A DNA stretch of 64,000 nt from Octopus sinensis (taxonomy: Eukaryota). Shown here piece after piece: positions 54,528 to 64,000 of the stretch. The stretch is from the NCBI RefSeq assembly GCF_006345805.1, contig NC_043003.1, positions 34,906,001-34,970,000 on the forward strand, in the 5' to 3' direction. The notes under the pieces were generated by a model, which was not told where the DNA came from, did not search any database, and was given only the letters and a program-made list of their open reading frames with translations. Within the stretch, counting starts at the first letter, position 1; every line of letters begins with the position of its first letter. The position numbers and the translations under genes were made by a program.

Positions 54528-55228
54528 GGCTGTGAGAAAATGCGAAAAATTAGAGAAACGGTAGATGTGGACTAGTCAGGAAGAGAAATGACAAAGGGAG
54601 AGGACGCGAGTGAAATGCACGAAGGAAAGGAAGAGAAAGAAAATTTTGATAGATGAGATGTAATAGCGAGGATATTTAAGTCAAACTGAGGGGGTGGGGA
54701 TTTGTCAAGACAGTGTTGAATGTGAATAAAGCAAGGAGAGGGACAGATGTAAAATGAATGACGGAATGAAGACTGGGATGATGGGGTTGAGGAGAAGGTG
54801 TAAAATAGTGGAAACGACACGATCTAGAGATACTCCCCTATCATCCTCATAAGCGCCTGGATAACATGGAATACATGTGGAAACATGTTACTTGCGTGTT
54901 CTTCAGTATAATGAATGAATATATGTCTGCTTGTGTGCTTGTTTGTTAGTTTGAGTGCAAGTGTGAGAGAAAGAAAGAAAGAAAGAAAGAGTGAGAGAGA
55001 GATAGAGAACGTGTGTGTGTGTGTATGTAATAGCCTCTGTTTATTTAAACTGATCTGGTGATCTGTCATTCTGGTGTTTACTCGTTGTGTTGCCATTCCC
55101 GTCCCAAGAACACCCAACATGTCAGGGTTAATTCCAGAGGTGCAAGAAACTAGATCAGATTAAATAAACTACTACACACTACTATTGTATTAACTACTTT
55201 TTCTAGCGTACATTAAAAACGAATGTAT

Positions 55229-55518
55229 GTGTTTTCTACTATAGCCCCGGGCCGACCAAAGCTTTGTGAGTGGATGTAGCAGACGGATACTGAAAGAAGC
55301 CTGTCGTTTATATACATATATATATTTGTGTGTCTGTGTTTGTCCCCACACAATCACTTGGTGTGTTTACATCCCCGCAACGATGCGGCAAAAAAGACCG
55401 ATAGAATAAGTACTAGGCTTACAAAGAATAAGTCCTGGGGCCGATTTGTTCGAATAAAGGCGGTGCTCCAGCATGGCCGCAGTGAAATGACTGAAACGAT
55501 TGAAAGAATAAAAGAATA
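55229..55518 (+). mobile_element. SINE family A, 5'-truncated
   Basis: TTCTACTATAGCCCCGGGCCGACCAAAGC...GGCGGTGCTCCAGCATGGCCGCAG..ATGACTGAAAC..AAAGAATAAAAGAATA. Confidence 0.88.
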
Positions 55519-58500
55519 CCTATGTGTATAGATATCTGTGTGCATGAGAGTATGTGAAAGATATCGTGAAGTGATGCGGAGATGGCGACAGTTCACAGGC
55601 ACAAGTTATAGAAATGACACAAAAATCCTTGTGTGTTCAAGGTTTGTAATATATGTATGTGCCTGTATATGTATGTATATGCATATAAATATATGTATAT
55701 ATGTATGCATGCATATATATATATATATATATATACGAATATGTATGTATATACGTAAACTCGACAATGAGGATGATAGATTTTCTTCTTTTTTATGCCA
55801 AAGTAATTTCTCGCTTAAGGATCTCGAAATATGACATTGATACGCATTCCCGATGCCTCTAAACCAAATACCAATAAGACGATCTGAAGCATCTTCAGAA
55901 CGCTACGAAAAGCAATGCCCTAAATAGTTGCCGAACAAATCACAAACAATTTGTGTCTCATTGTCGCAAAAACCACCCAAGCTAAAATTAATGAAACATA
56001 ATATAATTCAAACACAGACATCGAACTTGCTATAAATAGAATACAAGAGCTGAAGAAATCAAACTATTAACATTAAAAATAACCAACAAAAACTGGTGAA
56101 ATAAGAGACAAGCCCGGAAATAATGAGATATCCTTCAGATGCCACTGCAGTCATATTCAAAATAGGATACAGTATCGTTATTTGCACGCCATGTGCCGCC
56201 AGAGGTTTTCAAACGTCTTAATTGCTCCTACTAACGAATATCATGTATTTCGCTAACAAAAATTAATAACTAAACGTTTTGCAGAACATTCAAGACCGAA
56301 ACTTTACGTATAGATGACAGATGTCTATAGAGTCATCTAAAGTGGACATGGGAAAGACACGTGTGCAATGCACGATACTGTGAAGGAACAGCAGCAATCT
56401 GCAACAGATTTTTCCAATTAGACGGTAGGATAGAGCAATAGTTGACCTGTATCAAAAAGCACAAACAAGGCTGCCTTTCTGCAAAGACGTCCATGTTAAA
56501 TCATCATTCTACATTGGCCATTCAACTCACCTGTGGTACAAATTGCATGTGTAAGTATCAAGGATCTTTTAAAATTAACAGCAATAAAATTACTTAAGTA
56601 ACCTTACCACACGAAACCCAACTGAAATTACTGAAAGCAATATACTTGAAGGCAGATGTAACCGGTGCATCGCATAAAAAATATGTATTCTTTCCTTCTA
56701 GTTGGATGGGAAGTATCTACGATAAAGTTACATACTGTGACGAAAGAACATAAAAAATATCTTAATGAATCAATTAATCTATTTGTGAACTAACAAATTA
56801 TCTAACTGGGATAATTTCTTCCTTTCTTCCCACAAATTTTGAAGTATGTTACACATTTATATGCGCATATGTATGTCTTTGTATATGTGTGTGTTTGTGC
56901 GTGTGTGTGTTTGTGCGTATGTGTGTTTTTTTTACGCTCGCTCATGTATGTTTTTATATCCCTTTCCATTTGTGCGGCACACATCATACATCGAGACGTC
57001 TGTCATTGATAGGAACAAACTCCCAGAAGCTGCAAAATAAATCTTCTCATTCGAGAGATCGAGTCGGAAAGTATAGGCGCGGAAGCAAATTTTATTTCTG
57101 TCCTCGAAAAATGCAGTAAAGCAGCGCTTGCTTACTTTAATCTCTATTTGATATATGTCTGACGAATAGTATTGACACGAATGCATCTAACACACACGAC
57201 TGTGCAGACACATTTCGAGTGAGAAAGAGAGAGAGAGAGGGTGGGAGGGAAATGGAGAGAGGGTGATGAGAAAATATCTATCTGTTGTCTATCTCTCTAT
57301 TTCTTCTGTGTGAGTGTACATATATATATATACATATACAGAAAGGAAGAGAGGGGAAGGGAAGAGAATGTGTCTATGTCCCTAAATTCATGAGACACAA
57401 AATTTTTGACTTAAACTTATATGCTGGCTTAAATGAAACCAAGCTTTTATTTTCAAATTCATTAAAAAAATATTTCCTTCCATGTGCTTACCCTTATTCT
57501 ATTTAATAATGGAACAAATAGATAAATAAAATATAAATTTCAAAAATCATTTATTATATCGGCTGAGAAAATAAACGAGGAATATAAAGAGCTTTGTGAA
57601 TATTTGAATAACTATTAAACAGAGATTGTATCTCAGACGAATGAGAAATGGAATAAAGTATTTTTGACGTCAGAACGTTCATTAATAATATTATTTATGT
57701 GCAAAATGATGAAGATGTTTTCGACAGTAAAAGCTGGAGTAAATAATTTGAAGTATTATGTTTTAGATTTCTGGCTTTAAGTCTAGCATCAATAGACATT
57801 TTCTTTACTTTCAATAATATAGTTATTAGTAACGTACAAATGTGGAATGGTAACCAATTTTAATGCTCCTACGTGAACCTTTTATTATACATGCGTAAAC
57901 ATTTATTTGTGTCCTTATTTCCAGTGTATATTTAAAAAAAAAATTCTACTAACATGATGATCTTACTTTGTAGTGTCATCACCAACAGTTAATAGTGGTA
58001 TCAGTGTTAACCTATGTGGATAATACAGCTAAGGGGTGAAACTTGTACACCAATCGTGTTGACTTCATGGAATTAATCTAAAGGAAAATAATAAAAGCGC
58101 TAAATATATTTAAATTCTATCCTTAATTTTCTTATTTATTTCCAAAACATTATGCCTAAATGAAAGGATATATGTATCACTTGCTATCTACTTCTCTTTG
58201 TTTGATATTTTCTTAGGCGATACGGCCTGATAATGTAACAAAGCTTCAATCACAAGTTCATTTCATTAACAGATTAAAATACTTGTATGTCTAATATTGG
58301 GGAAATGTCCCAGTCATGACTACTGCATGAAAGAACACATAGATAAGTGGAATTTAACATAATGTATTGAGGCTTTTAACCAAATGTTAAAATATTTAAA
58401 GATTTACCTCAAGTAAAGAGAAAGATTATAAACTTTGATTAATAAAAGAGATCAAGAACATCAAGACAGACATTCTTGCCATTGAAATCTATTAATTAGT

Positions 58501-58817
58501 CTGAATGAGATACTCACTAATGGGTGAATCGTATATTTAGAAGATACGGATTCTCAGAATATGTTTCGGTTTTGCTTCGCTTCTTCAGCTGAGAGCAATT
58601 TAACTAGTACTACCACAAGTTCTGTGAAAGAACGTTTAAAGTGAAAAACTTCAACGATTTTCTTCTATTTAATCATTGCTTACCGTCTGCGGCTTACTAT
58701 ACTAAATTTTTCAAGATAGAAAGTGTAAAAAGAAAAGAATTTTTGAAAGTTACGCTTGCAACATATATCAGAACCATTAACCATTTCAAAAAAAAAGAAG
58801 AAAAAGAAAGAAAAGAA

Positions 58818-59297
58818 GGTCTATCTGAATCTGCTGGAGACTATGGTTAATACGTGACTGGAGATGGTTACTCCCGAAAGGCCATATGTGTGGCAGCAGG
58901 ACTTGTCTTCTTCCCATACCTCCGGAAAGGCTCAGAGGTTATTATGAGAAAATTTTTACATCACTAGACCCCTAACTTTGCAGCTTAAATCCATAAGCTT
59001 ACCAACTGTGGGTCACAGTTGACAAGGCCACCAAACACTCTGCCTGCAACTCCAAGACCGATCAGCTGGCCAAGATCTCGAGGTGTTCGAAGATCGTCCA
59101 AGGCGCACAGCGAGGAAGGCGTGCACCTGGTTTCTGAAGCACCTTGAGGCCATTGTGGTAGCTGAGGGCTGCAAGTATGAGTAAACTGCTTTCTCCCTGC
59201 CCTGCCAAAACCTAGCTGACAATTTTTTGTTATTTTGAAATACTATAATTTTTAGATTCAACGTAATTATCAGTTCAAATATGTTTGGGGCACACTC
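58818..59297 (+). mobile_element. Second decayed DD37D (maT)-like transposon, 3' half
   Basis: VYLNLLETMVNT*LEMVTPERPYVWQQDLSSSHTSGKAQRLL*ENFY...LEAIVVAEGCKYE*. Nucleotide similarity to 43680-44000 (e.g. CATACCTCCGGAAAG). Confidence 0.8.
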
Positions 59298-59580
59298 AAA
59301 CCCGTAAGAAAGCCATTCACTGTGTTGGGCCATGATGAAAATTTCTCCATTAGAAAGCATAGTGAATGGCGTTTTTACGGATTCGAATATGTCCCAATCA
59401 TATTTGAACTGGTAATAATCTTCTATTTATAAACATCGTTGTTTAGCGCTGCCACCCATAAGTTATTTTTGGATAGGATATCATATTTTCTTTTCTTTTT
59501 CTAGTCAAATTAACCCGAACGATCTGTATGTATATATATGTATACGTATGTGTATGTGTGGTGTGCACGTATGCATGACT

Positions 59581-59742
59581 ACATACGACGGGCGTCTATC
59601 AGTTTCCTTCTACCAACGCGACTCACAAAGCTGTGACCTGCCCGGAGTAATAGTAGAAAACATGTGCTCATTGTGCCGCGCTGTGGACTGAACACCGAAC
59701 CCTGAGTTGGCAAGCAAACTTCCTGTCACATACCCACACTTC
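59581..59742 (-). mobile_element. SINE family A 5' half, diverged
   Basis: ACGACGGGC..TCAGTTTCC.TCTACCAA...CTCACAAAGC...ATAGTAGAA...GGACTGAAC is the reverse complement of the 14524 copy. Confidence 0.8.
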
Positions 59743-60067
59743 CTATTAGATAGCCATACACGCCTCTTCCATACGTATAGATATATATGTAATTCAAAGT
59801 CTGACGTAATCCTTGCAGGTCATTAGGCCGGAGACTTTCTTAGGTATATACATGACTGAGAGAGAAGCTACAACCTTAGCGTGATGCCTGTCCTCTGCAA
59901 GTATTACCCTCATTTAGAACGGGAAATCACTTCAGCAGTATTGCCTATAACACCTTGGAATATGCCTCGTTTAAAGACACATCAGTACTCATGTGTATGC
60001 GTTTGTCTGTATGATTATGTGAATGCGTTTGTATCCATGTTTATATGTGTGTAGGCATGTATGTGCA

Positions 60068-60147
<80 letters not shown>

Positions 60148-60165
60148 CACACACACACACACACA

Positions 60166-60245
<80 letters not shown>

Positions 60246-61072
60246 CATATACATATATATGTATATATCTACCTATCTGCATATCTATCTATCTATCTAT
60301 CTATATTCAGACGCACATACATACATAAACACACGCACATATAAACAGATACCCACTGAAGTACACATACATATCAAAGCATATAACATTTTCTTTTCCG
60401 TGCACAAACATTGTGGAACTTAAAACTGAAAATATTCAGTTACTTTAAGACATATGGACACCAAAAAAAGTAATCATCTCAAGCAATACACATATAACCG
60501 TAGACATATGCTCACATAAGTATATATAAATTCATCTTTGTTTTATTCGTGTGTGTGTGAGTGTAAATGTGTAGTGTGTTTATCTGTAAGTGTGTGTATT
60601 AGAACTTGTGTTGGCGTGAGAGGCATATATGGTGATGTGTGAAAGAGTGCACATATATATGTTTGTGTGCGCACTCGCCAGTACGTGTGTTCGACTGCGT
60701 TTGCATATGTGCATGTATGAATCTAAAATCACGTGTGTATGTTTATATCTGTGTTTGTATACGCGTATGAGTGAGAACGAATTTAAAATATTTTCTTTCC
60801 CAGTCTAAGAAAAGGTTACTCAAATGCGCACAGATGTACAGCGACTTAGCAGGCTTATGATTCAAAAAAAGATTAGCAGAGATTAATGGAACCACTCTAC
60901 ATGATACAACTCTTTACTTATTGATAATACGACTCAGTCCCTTTCTCTCAATATTTGAGCATATGCTAGCGTTGTTATATTTCTGACATATTCAGAGATT
61001 GCGTGTGTATGTAAATATATATATGTGTGCATGCATCAATGAATATAGAAAATTTTCAATGTTTTACATACG

Positions 61073-61119
<47 letters not shown>

Positions 61120-61831
61120 GTGTGTGTATAAGTGCTTGTGTAAATGCGTGCATGAGTTTGTGTGTTATGCATTCGGATTTATTCGTTGCAATGCTATATG
61201 CTTGCTTATAATAAGGCTTTTAGAGTTTGAGTCATGATTAATTTTATGAATTCCTTGTGGATCTGTAATTACGACTTGGTCAGGGTTATATATAAGGGTC
61301 CCTGGCCTCATGCTAATGCGTCAGTTAATGATTAATCCAGGCTTGTGTATTGAAGATTATTTTATAGTCAGCATGTGGTCGTACACACATAGATGCAGAA
61401 GGGAGCTCTATATTTCCAGTGTGTTTATTTCTCAAACATCACACACGAACTAAATGCGATTGTTTGTGCTCTGTGTGTTGGCTGTGGCTGTGTATATAGG
61501 GGCAGTGTGTGTGTGTAAACCAAGCAAAGGGGACAAAGGTTAGGGTTGGGTGGGGTTATATTTCAAATACAGCTCGTCCGAAGAAAAATACTACAATGTC
61601 GTCTTCCTCATAGCGATTATCTGTTTAATGGTCAAACGAGGGGCCAGAAGTTCTTTCAAGCTGATGGATCCTATCGTATAAGATCAAAATCGGTGCATAT
61701 TCGTCGAACAGTTCTCATAACTGGCAGAATCTACAAAAGATATGACAAACTATCTCACTTTAGAGGGAATAATATCCCCCGAATCTAAATGACTTATAAG
61801 CTTTAAAGTCCTTTTCCCCACCGCCAACTCA

Positions 61832-61978
61832 GCCGCCGCCAGTGCCGCCAGTGCCGCCAGTGCCGCCAGTGTCGCCACCACTACCACTACCCTCGGCACC
61901 TGCAATAACCACCACCGTCGTCACCCACCATCACCGCCACCATCACCATCACCATCACTATTATTATTGTTATTGCTG
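61832..61978. repeat. 9-bp (GCCGCCAGT) repeat, about four copies, grading into (ACC/ATC)n
   Basis: Direct reading. Confidence 0.85.
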
Positions 61979-62771
61979 TCATCACTAGATGTCAACCAAT
62001 CATATGCCTTCTATCTCCTCCATTACTTTCTATCGCTACCATTACTTTCAATTTCTCTCGCCTTCTCACTGAAACCTTTCCACTCTAACCTTTCAATATC
62101 TCTAATATCAGCCCACCATCTCTACTCTCACTATTGCAATCATCACTCGCAATGTTTTTTTTTTCTTTTTGTTCCTTTTGTTTTTATTTGTTTATTTATT
62201 CATTTTCATTTTTCACTTTGGCATTTGCATTCGGTCGTAAATAATTACTGAAACCTGAAATCATTATAACTTTTGCACAGATCTTGCTACATTTATACTC
62301 ACTTCATCAAAATATATTTCTCAAATAACTAACCGATATATCCGCATTGCTCATCTATTACACCCATTAAAGCAGAGATTACGCTTACACATTAAATTCT
62401 CAGCAGTAATGTTGAATCAGAACCACAACATATGCACGCGCAATGCGACCATCCCATTAACAAAGTAGACACTCTGACATATATCGACGGTCGATGCGTT
62501 GGGGCACACGTGCCTACATTTACAGACAGAATCCCATATGTGTGATCAGAATGACACTAAAATCAACACTTCTCTCTCTACGTCCTCTCGACAAGAACCA
62601 GAGACGCCGATATAAGAAACCAACAAAAATACATCTTCATTTCTATTATTATTTATTTCTTTTTTCATAACTGACCGCATTGGCTGCTTCAGATATTATT
62701 CCTTTTCTCTAGCATACTATCCCATTTTCCTCTCTTTCTCTCACAATTTCATTCTCTGTCTATCTCTCTCA

Positions 62772-62830
<59 letters not shown>

Positions 62831-63287
62831 AACATATCTTTCCATCAACATGTCACGTGATTTGCAGCCGTATTTGGTGACGTCAAATGACCCGGAGCTG
62901 TTCCCACGTATTGACACAGGCATATATCATATGGTGAGGTCAGGACTTTAGGTCTACTTCTCGGAATCTTCTCTGGAGATTCTAAGAGAGAAAATGCGGT
63001 GAATATGTTGTCGAGGTGTGAGAGAATATAAATTTATGGCTAGAACTGTCTTAGGACACATGCATCCAGTTCTTTGCCTCCTATATTCTTATCAGTCATT
63101 TAACACTTCAAGACGAAGAAGCCCATTCGAAACAGACGTGAGTTTTCCTAATGGACTGACTAGGAACATAAAAAGTGTAAGATTTCATACAATAGAACAG
63201 TAAACGGGAAAAAATAGAAATTGGAACAGTGCGAGAAAGGAGAACACTGAAGGAAAGCAGGAGGACAGATAGTGAAAGGAGATGAAG

Positions 63288-63327
<40 letters not shown>

Positions 63328-63427
63328 TGTGTGTGTGTGTGTGTGCGTGCGTGCAAGTGAATATAGATGTAGACACACATACATATATGTATGTTTGTGT
63401 ATATATACGTATGTTTGTAGGTATGTA

Positions 63428-63505
<78 letters not shown>

Positions 63506-64000
63506 TAAATATATATATATATGTATATACATATATATATATAAATATATATATGTATATATATATATGTATATATGTATATATATATATATGTATGTAT
63601 ATATATATATATATGATGCCTTTATATGCGCTCGTGTCAGTGTTTGTGCATCTGCGTGTGCAGTGCACATGTAAGTATATGGTTGTGTGAAGAAGCTAGA
63701 TATTTATGTGGTAGAAAATGGCAAAAAAAGAAAAAGAAAAATGGACACGAAAAAATAGAAACAAGACGTGGAAGTGGAAATAAAAGAGAAATATAAATGG
63801 AGGGGGGATGACGACAAAATAAGTGTGTAGCGCAATGTAAAATAACTGCAAAACCAAACAAGAATAAAATGACAAGTTAGGTACATAATACTCTGTGAGA
63901 CCGGACCAAAAAAAAAAAAAAAAGATAAAGGAGTGAGAAATGTAGAAAAAAATAGAAGATAACAAGAAGAAAATTATATAAAAAATGACGTAAATAATAT

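Noticed and set aside
55860-56420. Possible LINE ORF1 (gag-like) fossil around FKIGYSIVIC
   Set aside because: Only a vague resemblance; I could not recover a CCHC knuckle in one frame.
61537-61559. Telomere-like GGTTAGGGTTGGG
   Set aside because: A single TTAGGG unit, expected by chance.

Overview
AT-rich, microsatellite-saturated eukaryotic DNA that reads as intergenic or intronic. I recall the SINE families as octopus (coleoid cephalopod) repeats; this is inference, not a database result. I can support no intact host protein-coding gene, tRNA/rRNA gene or CRISPR array. Nearly all listed ORFs are translations of microsatellites or transposon debris. The window holds three tRNA-headed SINE families (labelled A, B, C here). 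It also holds fossils of four non-LTR retrotransposon clades (L1/Tx1, RTE, CR1/L2-like, R4/Dong-like RLE), three Tc1/mariner remnants (two DD37D/maT-like) and two non-autonomous Helitrons. Top observation 1: a Penelope-like foldback with perfect 148-bp inverted arms (49125-49603) carries a type I hammerhead ribozyme motif with an unusually long helix II; three further degenerate hammerhead cores occur elsewhere. Top observation 2: one SINE-B subtype shares its 3' end with the Tx1-like LINE and has inserted into another SINE-B copy with a 13-bp target-site duplication, suggesting a SINE/LINE partnership that may target SINE-B itself.
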